A model generated the notes under the pieces. That model did not search any database. It saw only the letters and a list, made by a program, of their open reading frames with translations, and was not told the origin of the DNA. Below, piece by piece: positions 29,035 to 38,855 of a stretch of 64,000 nt of DNA. Origin of the DNA: Promethearchaeota archaeon (GTDB taxonomy: Archaea; Asgardarchaeota; Lokiarchaeia; Sigyniarchaeales; SOKP01); NCBI GenBank assembly GCA_019057795.1, contig JAHLWS010000068.1:27377-91376 (forward strand), written 5' to 3'. Both the position numbers and the translations under genes were made by a program. Positions within the stretch are counted from its first letter, which is position 1, and each line of letters begins with the position of its first letter.

Positions 29035-31698
29035 TTGACTACCACTTCTAAGGATTATTTCATTGTCTTTGATAGAAATTTTCAAAAAAAACTATATTTC
29101 AATGTAAACTTCTTTTATCTGAAATCGTATAAGAAAAAAAGACAAATCTTTTCTTACATCAATAAGCCATTCTTTAGAGGTTTAGTACTTTTTGGGTTAG
29201 ACTTTAAAGATAAAGTACGCCCCGTAAATTTTTCCAAGATTCAAGAAAACGACCATTTAGAGCAAATAAATCCGCGGCTCCTTAAAAAATTTTTAATTGA
29301 CGAAAAAAATAAATTTATTGGTTTTTCAAGCCAAACTGATCCAGAAGAATTCAAACTAATAAAACAAATGCTTGAAAATTTTCAGTTCGACGAAAATAAT
29401 ATTGTCTACCTAACATTTTGCAAATCTTGTTTAGAGGATAAAAAATTCACTATTTTAAGCGAAAAAACCAAGATAAAATCGTTATTAAATCAATATATTT
29501 GCTCTGATTGCGCGTTGGATATTGTTCTAAAACAAGCACAAGTTGCGGGCCTTATTTCTTCTCATAAAATCAATCTTAAACTTAAGAATTTTTTTAATCA
29601 TTTAATTTTAAAATTTAGGGATACTAATAGAGTACTAAAAGCTTTTAAAGTGGATTTTAACCCCGTTAAAAACAAGGACTTGACATTGTATGATGTCGAC
29701 AGAAATCCTCCAATTAGCAAAAAATACCTCAACTATTCGATTGATAACCTTAAAATTCACAAAGATTTTAAAGCTTTGTTAAAAACGCTTAATATTTTGA
29801 CTTTACTACCGATACAAGTAATTTCAATTGAAAGAGGTTTGATAGAAGAGCATAATAATCAATTGGTTATGGCACCCACATCTGCAGGTAAAACTTTAGT
29901 TGGCGAATTAGCAGGGATTACAAGAGTGTTGAGTGAAAAGCGTAAAATGCTTTATTTAGTACCGATAGTAGCACTAGCTAATGTTAGAACAGAAGAATTT
30001 AAGAGTAAATATAAAAAACTTAACTTAAAAATTATTAAGAAAGTCGGAGAATCTATCCTTGAAAAAAAAGGACCGGACGATTTAGGCACACTGAGAACCG
30101 CTGATGTGATTATCGGTACATACGAAGCTATTGATTACATTTTAAGAAGTGGTAATAAAGAAAAACTAGGAACAATAGGATCAATAATTATCGATGAGAT
30201 TCAGACTTTAAGCGATCAAAACCGAGGGTTCATTTTGGATGGTTTTATAGCGAGATTAAAGTCTATCTTTAAAGATGTGCAATTTTTATATTTAAGCGCA
30301 ACAATAGGTGCGCCAGAAGCTTTAGCGAAGAAGTTGGGTTGCATTTTGATTAATTACAATAATAGACCTGTTCCTATTGAACGCCATTTAATATTATGTC
30401 TCAATGAATCAATAAAGCTCAGAAATATTACAAAATTAGTGCGAGCTGCATACTCAGAAACCTCTACATATGGGTTTAGAGGTCAATCTATAATATTCAC
30501 AAATTCAAGAAAAAAGTGCGAATCACTAGCTAATTACCTACAAAATAAAGGATTAAAAGTGATGTCATATCACTCTGGGCTAACACATGAAGAGCGTAAA
30601 GTAATTGAATTTAAATTTCAAAAGCAACATATTTCAGCAGTTGTCGCAACAGCAGCTTTAGCGGCTGGAGTAGATTTTCCGGCAAAACAAGTGATTTTTG
30701 AATCGCTAGTTATGGGGATCAGCTTATTAACTGTTGCCGAATTTGAGCAAATGTTAGGAAGGGCTGGAAGGCTAAAAAAACATGATGTTGGATTGGCATA
30801 TCTACTTGTAGAACCGGGAAAAATATGTTCTCATGAAACTAAAATAACCGAAGAAAATATTGCTATTAACTTATTAAATGGAAAAATAAAAGACTTTGAA
30901 TTACAGCTTGACGAGGATAAATTTTTAACGGAGCTATTAGCGTTCATCTCAACATATAATGAAGGAGTCGAGAAAGAGAAAATATATAAATTCTATAACT
31001 TTTTAATTAATTCTGATTACGAATTAGAAGAGTTTTTAAAAAAATTATTAAAACTTAAACTTATTCAAATACAAAATAATTCTCTATATAAACCCACTTT
31101 ATTAGGTCAAGCCGTTGCTAAATCTTTTTTAACCGTTGAAAAAAGCCTGGAAATTATTAATAGCTTAAAAAAGAAAGAGAAAAAGATTATTGATATTGTT
31201 CTTGAATTAAAAGCATTGAGAAACGTTTATTTAACAAAAAAAGTTGTAGCAGATTTATCGAAAAACTATCAAAGATCAAAATATTTTTCTAATAATTTCT
31301 TCAGCGCAGCAGTCTTATCGTTGATGGATGCTAATTATGTGAAGAAAAGAAAAACATTTTCCCGCGAATTTATAGAATATATTGTTAAATGGACAAGAGA
31401 AATTTTCAACTGCGATTGTAAGGATAGCCCTTATTGTGAATGTGGAAGGTTGAACTTAGAGAGAATCATCTTGAATTTAAGAATTGAGGACAACTTCTCA
31501 ATTGAAGAGCTTAGTAATTACTTAGAAGAAGAATACAACATTTTAGTATTTAAAGGGGATCTTATTAACTATCTGGAAAGTTTAATATATTCGTTTGAAA
31601 GCATATTTAATATTTCAAAAGGGCTGCCCAAGCTGGATTCTGATTATAAGAAGGAACTTTTAGAGATTCCCGAAATAATAGAAAGAATTAAGAATTGA
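29035..31698 (+). CDS. Archaea-specific Ski2-like DEAD/DEAH helicase with a C-terminal Cys cluster (ASH/DUF5814 type)
   Basis: APTSAGKT, DEIQ, LSAT, AAGVDFPA, QMLGRAGR, CDCKDSPYCECG, and N-terminal CxxC...CxxC. Confidence 0.88.
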   Translation: MTTTSKDYFIVFDRNFQKKLYFNVNFFYLKSYKKKRQIFSYINKPFFRGLVLFGLDFKDKVRPVNFSKIQENDHLEQINPRLLKKFLIDEKNKFIGFSSQTDPEEFKLIKQMLENFQFDENNIVYLTFCKSCLEDKKFTILSEKTKIKSLLNQYICSDCALDIVLKQAQVAGLISSHKINLKLKNFFNHLILKFRDTNRVLKAFKVDFNPVKNKDLTLYDVDRNPPISKKYLNYSIDNLKIHKDFKALLKTLNILTLLPIQVISIERGLIEEHNNQLVMAPTSAGKTLVGELAGITRVLSEKRKMLYLVPIVALANVRTEEFKSKYKKLNLKIIKKVGESILEKKGPDDLGTLRTADVIIGTYEAIDYILRSGNKEKLGTIGSIIIDEIQTLSDQNRGFILDGFIARLKSIFKDVQFLYLSATIGAPEALAKKLGCILINYNNRPVPIERHLILCLNESIKLRNITKLVRAAYSETSTYGFRGQSIIFTNSRKKCESLANYLQNKGLKVMSYHSGLTHEERKVIEFKFQKQHISAVVATAALAAGVDFPAKQVIFESLVMGISLLTVAEFEQMLGRAGRLKKHDVGLAYLLVEPGKICSHETKITEENIAINLLNGKIKDFELQLDEDKFLTELLAFISTYNEGVEKEKIYKFYNFLINSDYELEEFLKKLLKLKLIQIQNNSLYKPTLLGQAVAKSFLTVEKSLEIINSLKKKEKKIIDIVLELKALRNVYLTKKVVADLSKNYQRSKYFSNNFFSAAVLSLMDANYVKKRKTFSREFIEYIVKWTREIFNCDCKDSPYCECGRLNLERIILNLRIEDNFSIEELSNYLEEEYNILVFKGDLINYLESLIYSFESIFNISKGLPKLDSDYKKELLEIPEIIERIKN

Positions 31699-31742
31699 AG
31701 AAATTTCACTCCTAATACTTTTGTGCCATCGAAGATTGGAAT

Positions 31743-32279
31743 TCAAACTTGCTTTCCAATGAGTTCACTTCCACAAAATTCACAAATTTTTTGGTTTTCT
31801 TCAGTAATTTCCTTTTTACAAAATGAACAATATTTATCATAAGGTAAATTCTTAGGAATTTTTGTCTGAATTAAGGGATACTCAAGTTTTTCTTGGGATG
31901 GCATTATTATAAATTTCCATGTAAAAGATAAATTCGAAATTTTACTACCAAAAGAGATTTTATGTTTTCCTGATATAATATTTGAACGATTTGGGAAAAT
32001 TAAAACGAAATTATCTATTGGAGTTATATTTTCATTAAAAATTTTAGAGAGATCTTGATTATTATAAAAAACACCGTTTAACCTTATATGAAAACTATTA
32101 GGGAAGAGATCTATGTCAAAAATTATAGTTCCATCTATTTTAATTGTTAAACCTTTTAATTCTTCCAAGAAATTCCGTTTTAATGTTTCAACTTTTATAG
32201 AAAATTCTAAGTAATCGCCATTTATTTCTACTTTCATAAATCTTTTTAACAAAAATGAAGGTACGCGCAGTAAACACAC
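31743..32279 (-). CDS. Hypothetical protein with a C-terminal zinc ribbon
   Basis: CSFCKK...ICEFCGS at the C-terminus. A possible CTG start lies at 32270, after AAGGTG. Confidence 0.65.
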   Translation of the reverse strand: MCLLRVPSFLLKRFMKVEINGDYLEFSIKVETLKRNFLEELKGLTIKIDGTIIFDIDLFPNSFHIRLNGVFYNNQDLSKIFNENITPIDNFVLIFPNRSNIISGKHKISFGSKISNLSFTWKFIIMPSQEKLEYPLIQTKIPKNLPYDKYCSFCKKEITEENQKICEFCGSELIGKQV

Positions 32280-32399
32280 CTTACTTAATTTTTTTATTCT
32301 CTATATATTTTATAAACAATCATTTTACAATATTTAACTAAGAAATAAAATAATATTTTTAGTAATTAATTGATTAAGGTTATTTTTAATTTCCCTTCA

Positions 32400-33700
32400 T
32401 GGAATTAAAATTTTATTCTATTATTGAATTTTATAATTATGAAACAGCAATAGAATACGGATATAACCCTATACCCTCTATCCCATCAACCAATACGGCA
32501 TTTGGGATTACTTTCTTAATTATATTATACCCCGCGTTGACATCGGCGTTCAAAATAATTCCTTTCTTGCTTCGAAATAGCCCCCTGTTAATTCGCTTTC
32601 CGGCATAGTTTTTTTGTTTTTGAATCGATTCGCTATCTAAAAAACTGCATTTAGAGGTATAAGATTCCTCTTCTAAGATAACATCGATTCCTACTAATTT
32701 GGATTTGTATTGAATTTGAGAAATCAATTTGAAATAGGGTAGCTGAACGAATCTTTGGTTATTTCTCCGCCCCATGTTTATTTTTTGTTTCCAGAATCGA
32801 TTATAACCTATAATTATCGTTCCAAGATTATTATCGACGCAATAATTAATAATTATTCTTGAAATTTTGTGAAATTGGTCGTTAATTTTATTATTTCGCT
32901 TTTTAGTTAGTTTTTGAATTCTTCTCGTTTCAAACGCGATCCCTCGCTTATCTTTAACGCTTTTATATCTTGCTAATTGTTTGTTATAGAACTGATTAAT
33001 GGCCTTCGCAATACCGCCTTTAATAATTGCTGGTTGTAGTCCGGCATTATTTACCATAGTTACGATATTTACCAATCCTAAATCAATCCCTAAAATTCTT
33101 TTTTTATCTAACTTTAGATTTTTTACGTCTTTCTCGTATATAATCTCTACAACGTAGTATATTCCCTTAGGAACGAGCCTTACCTGATGTAATTGGCTTT
33201 TAATTCGCGCTTTTATAGGAGTTATGGCTACTTTTTCAGGATAATACAAATAACCTTCCTTGATTCGGCATTGTTGATTAGTGAAAATAAGCACGAACTC
33301 TCCGTTCTTCTTCTTATATTTTGGAGGTCTGGGTCGGCTTTGATACTTTCTTGGTTGAGCCCTCCATTTTTTAAGGGAATTAAAAAACGATTTCAAATTC
33401 TTATCAACTAATCTTAATATCTGTTGGGCTGTTTGTGAGGGAAGTTTCTGATACGCCTCTTTATCTTTTAACATGTACCATAAATCGTAGTATCTTAGCC
33501 AGTTTCCTAAATAAAAAAATTCTTGCCTTACATAATAATTTGCCACATTATAGATATTTTTGGATAAATGGCATAAACACGAGAGGTTTGCTGTCTTTTT
33601 TATCTGGATTTGTTCAGTCAGTCTCATTCCTATGAGTTTCAAAAGACATTTACACTAATATAAAACGAGAGGGTGTAAATTTACAGATAATTTAGAGGCA
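32400..33700 (-). mobile_element. tnpB-only (IS1341-like) insertion element
   Basis: tnpB with no tnpA; subterminal hairpin ATTTACAC (33648-55) / GTGTAAAT (33673-80). The element ends are approximate. Confidence 0.65.
32437..33627 (-). CDS. tnpB: IS200/IS605-family TnpB RNA-guided endonuclease
   Basis: RuvC motifs GIDLG, EESYTSK and NADVNAGYNI; also LPSQTAQQ and PRPPKYK. Likely start is ATG 33627. Confidence 0.92.
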   Translation of the reverse strand: MRLTEQIQIKKTANLSCLCHLSKNIYNVANYYVRQEFFYLGNWLRYYDLWYMLKDKEAYQKLPSQTAQQILRLVDKNLKSFFNSLKKWRAQPRKYQSRPRPPKYKKKNGEFVLIFTNQQCRIKEGYLYYPEKVAITPIKARIKSQLHQVRLVPKGIYYVVEIIYEKDVKNLKLDKKRILGIDLGLVNIVTMVNNAGLQPAIIKGGIAKAINQFYNKQLARYKSVKDKRGIAFETRRIQKLTKKRNNKINDQFHKISRIIINYCVDNNLGTIIIGYNRFWKQKINMGRRNNQRFVQLPYFKLISQIQYKSKLVGIDVILEEESYTSKCSFLDSESIQKQKNYAGKRINRGLFRSKKGIILNADVNAGYNIIKKVIPNAVLVDGIEGIGLYPYSIAVS

Positions 33701-33816
33701 TTTTAAGGAATTTGTAAATGAATAAAAATAAAATAATTGAAATATTATATAATAATTAATTACTTGATTAAATCGAAGATAAAAGTAAAGAATTAATAAA
33801 ACAAACTTCTAATTAT

Positions 33817-34764
33817 ATGATTTATACTATTTTTCTTTATCAAAGCCACACAGGTTTACTGATATACGATAAGAATTTTCAAGAGATAAATGCTGGAAAA
33901 ATGGAAATGTTTAATTCATTTTTTTCTACAATAAAATCTTATGTTTCCGAACTAGTACTTGACGGTTCAAAAGAATTAAAAAACGTCGAGCTAGGCGATT
34001 ATACGGTTTCAATTACTTCGCTCTCTAAGGTTAAAGTTGATATGGTTATTATCGCTGATAAAGAGGATGCTAAAGTTATAAACAAATTAATTCCTAAGTT
34101 AATTAAATTACTTCAGAAGTACGAACAACAATTTCTTTCTTGGGATGGGAAAAGCGAAGAATTTAAAATATTGGATCATCCACTTACTGAATTAGTATTA
34201 GCAAATGTAAAAGATGTGAAGAAAACATTGCTTAAAAGCCCTGAGCAGATACTTAAATCAATATGGCCTCATAAAAAGAAATTAACAGAAGAAGAGTTTG
34301 AAAATCTAGTCCAGGAAAGAGATCTCTTGATTTTTAAGATAGAAAACGCTGTTAATATCCCAAGTAAACTAGCGAAGTCTTAAACGGTTGTAGAGCTTTC
34401 AGAAAAATTACAAGATGAGGACACATTTTTGAAATACCAAGGTGAGGTAAGCAAATTTAAAAATGAATTGAAGGATGCAAAGTTCAAATTGAATTATTAT
34501 TTAAACAAGATCAAGACTTCGCTAAACGAAGCTATTGATAATTTAGGTAATAACCCAATTCATTTGGGAGATTTTAAAAATTCTTATCTAAATTTGTACT
34601 CATTTAGCACAAAATTAAAACTAGTAAAGGAAAACGGTTGGGAACTTTACCGTGAACTAGCAAGCAAGCTCATTGATAAAGATTCTTTGTCCGATCATGA
34701 ACTCTCTGAAATCGTTCAAACTTTATTAAATATGAGTACTAATGTGGAAGATTATCTAAATTAA
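33817..34764 (+). pseudogene. Longin/roadblock-like domain protein with a helical C-terminus, interrupted by a single in-frame TAA at 34381
   Basis: ORFs 33817-34383 and 34429-34764 are in the same frame (...KLAKS*TVVELSEKLQDE...). The N-terminus (IFLYQSHTGLLIYDKNF...FNSFFSTIKSYVSEL) is longin-like. Confidence 0.7.
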
Positions 34765-34790
34765 AAATTTTTATGAAGAAAACTTAGCAC

Positions 34791-35990
34791 TTATTTTATG
34801 TGTAATTCTATAATATCATTTTCTTTTAATTCGTAATCTAATCCCACTTTCTTCTTTAATTGTCGAGCATCTTTTCGAATGACTATTGCGTAATCAAAAG
34901 ACTCAAAAAATTTACGGTGTATTTTTATGGATACATCTCTTACCGTTGGGATAGGATCAATATCCAAAATTAAAGGTTTTTCAGCAACAACACCCTTATT
35001 CATTGTATAAACCTTCATTTTTTTTAAATGGTTTAAGATCACTTCCCCAAAATTATTGGGAATCACTTTCTTTCTTACGCTTGTCCCAATTATTAGGGGA
35101 AATTTATCTGAATACAACTCTTCTAAGTTATGAAATGTATTTTCTGTTAGCGATAGGTCTCCTTTTGTTCCCAGAATAATTGCTTTTTTATAAACTACGG
35201 AAGAATTTAAAGTATCGACAATGTGGTCGAGAGTAATCTTCCCAAAAACTCTTACAATAGCATTTCGTATACCTCCTGCGTGTGTTATTTCTCTGATTCT
35301 TTCAGTCAATTCTTCAATGTTGTTGTTATTTTTAGATTCACTAGTTAGATAGAATACTTGTATCTTATTGGCTCCCGATTTTTCAATCGTAATTGGAGGA
35401 GGGGGCACATTGATTCTTACATGAGATTTGCTCAGCTCGCTTAAAAGTAAATCCATTTGCTCCTTATAGTCTCGAGATAAATCGACGCAAAAGCACAGTA
35501 AATCCGCCGCTCTTAATTGCGATATGATTTCTTTACCATTTCCTATTCCAATTGAAGCTCCTTCCATAATCGAAGGCATATCAACAATTTGATAGCGGAC
35601 TTTATCGTATTCATATATTCCTATCTCCGGGATAGATGTGAATTTGCCAATTTTTTCTTTAGCAGCCCCCGTCAATAAATTTAATAGAGAGGTTTTTCCT
35701 ACACCGGGAGTGTGATAATCGCTTATTAATATTACTTGAATGCCTTCCTTTTTAATCGAGAAAGGACTAACCATTTTACTGATGGATTTGACTCGTGCTT
35801 TTTCCGAATCTTGTTCTCTCCTAAGTTTTGCGAGGCGAGATTTATTCAAAGCCACTATTTTTTCTGTAGATTTATGTTTCGGAACTAAAGATAGAAATTC
35901 TTCAAGACGTTTTATTTTCTCGTCTATAGAAGAAGCATCCAGATACTTATTGTATGCTGCTTGAGCTTCAGCCCCAATATTTGAGCTCAT
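34791..35990 (-). CDS. DRG/OBG-family GTPase with TGS domain (divergent)
   Basis: PKHKSTE, GVGKT, QIVDMPSIMEGAS.G.GNG, TKGD and KVGLDYELKENDIIELH. Confidence 0.85.
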   Translation of the reverse strand: MSSNIGAEAQAAYNKYLDASSIDEKIKRLEEFLSLVPKHKSTEKIVALNKSRLAKLRREQDSEKARVKSISKMVSPFSIKKEGIQVILISDYHTPGVGKTSLLNLLTGAAKEKIGKFTSIPEIGIYEYDKVRYQIVDMPSIMEGASIGIGNGKEIISQLRAADLLCFCVDLSRDYKEQMDLLLSELSKSHVRINVPPPPITIEKSGANKIQVFYLTSESKNNNNIEELTERIREITHAGGIRNAIVRVFGKITLDHIVDTLNSSVVYKKAIILGTKGDLSLTENTFHNLEELYSDKFPLIIGTSVRKKVIPNNFGEVILNHLKKMKVYTMNKGVVAEKPLILDIDPIPTVRDVSIKIHRKFFESFDYAIVIRKDARQLKKKVGLDYELKENDIIELHIK

Positions 35991-36002
35991 AAAGATAATA
36001 CC

Positions 36003-36458
36003 TTAAAAAATTGATCGAAATCTATCTTCCGTTTTTAATTTCAAATCTCCTATGATATCGTCGACACGGCTTTCAAATTTCTTAAAGAATTTTTCTTTTT
36101 TTGAAAAAATATCATTAAGAGAATATCTATTAAGAAAATGCGATTCAATTTCTTCTAGATGTCTTTTAACGATCCCTGAGTCCGTTTCTTTTTCGGTAAT
36201 AGCAAAAGAAATCAATGGTTGTTTATTTGATTCATCATTTGGTAATGAAATTAATTCACAATAACAGACTAGTTTAAACGAGGCTAAAGAAATAACATTA
36301 ATATCATCTCCAAAGACTTCTGTTGTGAAGCTTTCAAGAGCAGATAGAAATCCCGCCCTCAATTCTGGGTCTAACCCCACTCCGGTATCTGAATCGTAAT
36401 ATCTTATGTTTAGGATATTACGTATGCCTAAATTTATACCAAGTTCTAAAATAGCCAT
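36003..36458 (-). CDS. Longin/roadblock-like domain protein (Asgard type)
   Basis: DPELRAGFLSALESFTTEVFG...LEEIESHFLNRY...F...VDDII pattern. Confidence 0.6.
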   Translation of the reverse strand: MAILELGINLGIRNILNIRYYDSDTGVGLDPELRAGFLSALESFTTEVFGDDINVISLASFKLVCYCELISLPNDESNKQPLISFAITEKETDSGIVKRHLEEIESHFLNRYSLNDIFSKKEKFFKKFESRVDDIIGDLKLKTEDRFRSIF

Positions 36459-36626
36459 ATTTTTAAAAATTTCTTAATTTTTAAGATTGGGATAAAATTT
36501 AATCCTAAGCATATTAGGTCGTAGATATATTAATAATTTAACTTATATTTTTAACTATTTAATAGACCATTTTTGATTCCGTTTTTATATGATTTTTTCG
36601 TTTATAAGAATGGTCTATTGTAACAT

Positions 36627-37478
36627 TTATAACTGCTTTTTATACGCGTTAAATGTGTTATGAAGCAAAAAACTAACCGTCATAGGACCAACTCCTCCAG
36701 GATTTGGAGTAATCCACGAACATTTGTCAAAGACTCCTTCAAAATCTACATCTCCAGATAACTTTCCATTTTCTCTCGAAATCCCTACATCGACAATTAC
36801 TACGCCTTCTTTTACCTTTTCTTTAGTAATGAACTTTGATTTTCCTACGGCAACGATTAAAATATCAGCTTTTTTGGTATAACCATCTAAGTTTTTTGTG
36901 TATGAGTGGCAGACTGTAACTGTAGCGTTTCTTTTTAATAACATGAAGATTAAAGGTTTGCCAACTAAGTTAGAACGATTAATTATAACAACATTTTTAC
37001 CCTGTATTTCAATGCTGTAATGTTCCAGAAGCGTAATAATGCCTTTAGGAGTACAAGGTACAAAATCTTCGTTGTAATCGAACAATTTGCCCCGATTTAT
37101 GGGATGCAACCCGTCTACATCTTTTATCGGATCGATTTGCTCAATAAATTCAGAAGTATAGGGCCGTAAATCTCTTGGCAATGGTAATTGTAGAAGTATT
37201 CCATGAACAGTTTTGTCTTTATTTAGCTTCTCAATTTCATCCAACAATTTGCTTTTTGTTATATTTTTGTCTAAATCGACCAATATAGACCCTATTCCTA
37301 TCTCAGAACAAGTCTTCCTTTTAATGTTTATATACAATTTTGAAGGGGGGTCGTCTCCAACTAAAACAGCAGCTAATTTAGGGATGATCCCACTCGTCTT
37401 AATATAAGAAGATATCTTATCTTTTAATTCTAAATTTAATTTTAACGCCAATTCTTTTCCATTTAATATTTTTCCCAT
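36627..37478 (-). CDS. folD: Bifunctional methylene-THF dehydrogenase/cyclohydrolase
   Basis: HGILLQLPLP, KDVDGLHP, PCTPKG, RSNLVGKP and TPNPGGVGPMT. Confidence 0.97.
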   Translation of the reverse strand: MGKILNGKELALKLNLELKDKISSYIKTSGIIPKLAAVLVGDDPPSKLYINIKRKTCSEIGIGSILVDLDKNITKSKLLDEIEKLNKDKTVHGILLQLPLPRDLRPYTSEFIEQIDPIKDVDGLHPINRGKLFDYNEDFVPCTPKGIITLLEHYSIEIQGKNVVIINRSNLVGKPLIFMLLKRNATVTVCHSYTKNLDGYTKKADILIVAVGKSKFITKEKVKEGVVIVDVGISRENGKLSGDVDFEGVFDKCSWITPNPGGVGPMTVSFLLHNTFNAYKKQL

Positions 37479-37595
37479 AATAATCTTGAGGATGGTAAAC
37501 TTTGTTTAAATAAATTAAATAAAATATATGTTAAAGTAGGTTTACAATGAAATAAATAGATATTATTATTTACTTATTAAAAATTTAATAAATGT

Positions 37596-38702
37596 TTAAA
37601 TTCTTCTTTTACGCCAAGTTAGATAAATGGCTGCTATGATAATTCCAATAATTGACAGAACTATAATTAGTGTTAAAAAATTAAACTCAACCATGAAAAT
37701 ATCTTCGTATAAAAGATCTAAGGAATCAAAACCTTTAAGTATTTCAAAGGCATAGTAAGAGGCGCTAATGGAAGAGAGTTCCTGATCATTTTCTTCAACA
37801 TGATCACTAAAACCGCCGTCTCGAAAGTTTTGATGGTTTAGAACCCAATTTACAGTTGCTAATTTATTCAATTCGTTACTATCTATTAACCTAATTCCTT
37901 CGACGCAAAAATAAGTGCTGCTTAATAAGGAATTTTTGGCAAACGCGTCAGGTAAATATCCACCGAAATTTTCGAGATTATCAGAATCGTTTATGTAAAA
38001 TGATTTCAGATAATTCAATGTGCTATTCTGATTTGCTAAATCACTAACATTTCCTAATTCATTAACTAAATAAATGGCGTAATAAGTAGTAAGCAAGGTA
38101 GATGATAAAGTTTGGTTTCCTCCATAGCCACCATCTGCATTGTCGCACGATAACACCCAATCTTTATGAAGTGTTTGATCCTCAACTGTTTCGTTGATTA
38201 AAGTAAATATATTATATATATAGAAAGTCGAGATCAGATTTGCATTAGTAGATGTACTAGTAGGACTAAATCCACCCGTAATTTGAACCGTCTCATTTAT
38301 ATATTCATAAATCTTATCGTGTAAATCTAAATCTAAATCTAACGGAGATCCAAGTGAATCTAGCGTACTTAAAAGGTAAAATAAGTCATAGATATCAATT
38401 TCTTCTTCGTTAAACATAGAAGTAATTTCATCTTCTAAGTATACTTCTAAAGTTGGAATATCTACTTTTTTAATCGCTTGTAAAAAACCTTCAATAAGAT
38501 ATGCGCTATAAAAGTCTATAATTTCTATAGCGTTAGCAGTATCTTGTGTTGATATGCCAAAACTCTCGTCGCTATTATGGTTTTCGTAAAGAAAATCAAC
38601 TATATGACTCTGCCGGGTTTTTGCGGACGCTATGGGGGTAATACCCAACAACAAGGTTATTATTAGCGTTAAAAATGTTAAACTCCGAAGTTTATATTTC
38701 AA
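37596..38702 (-). CDS. Prenyltransferase/squalene-oxidase-repeat (alpha/alpha barrel) protein with a signal peptide and C-terminal TM anchor
   Basis: Repeated (Q)..DGG[FY]....S.L..TY[YF]A motifs; N-terminal signal and C-terminal TM+RKRR. Confidence 0.8.
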   Translation of the reverse strand: MKYKLRSLTFLTLIITLLLGITPIASAKTRQSHIVDFLYENHNSDESFGISTQDTANAIEIIDFYSAYLIEGFLQAIKKVDIPTLEVYLEDEITSMFNEEEIDIYDLFYLLSTLDSLGSPLDLDLDLHDKIYEYINETVQITGGFSPTSTSTNANLISTFYIYNIFTLINETVEDQTLHKDWVLSCDNADGGYGGNQTLSSTLLTTYYAIYLVNELGNVSDLANQNSTLNYLKSFYINDSDNLENFGGYLPDAFAKNSLLSSTYFCVEGIRLIDSNELNKLATVNWVLNHQNFRDGGFSDHVEENDQELSSISASYYAFEILKGFDSLDLLYEDIFMVEFNFLTLIIVLSIIGIIIAAIYLTWRKRRI

Positions 38703-38855
38703 TTAAAAAAAAACCCCAATCTGGTTTTAACTAAATTTTAATTTTTTAAATTTAACGTGAAATTAAAAATTAACGATATTTTGAGTTTTTAGTTAGATTA
38801 TCTCATAAATTCATCTAAAAAACATTAAATATAATTCGGTGGGTTAAATTAAATT

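Noticed and set aside
32399-32608. 69-aa plus-strand ORF overlapping the tnpB 3' end
   Set aside because: It is antisense to tnpB in the region expected to encode the guide RNA scaffold and shows no protein features.
34381-34383. Stop-codon recoding in the longin-like gene
   Set aside because: The codon is TAA, the context is not a Cys motif, and I saw no SECIS-like hairpin downstream.
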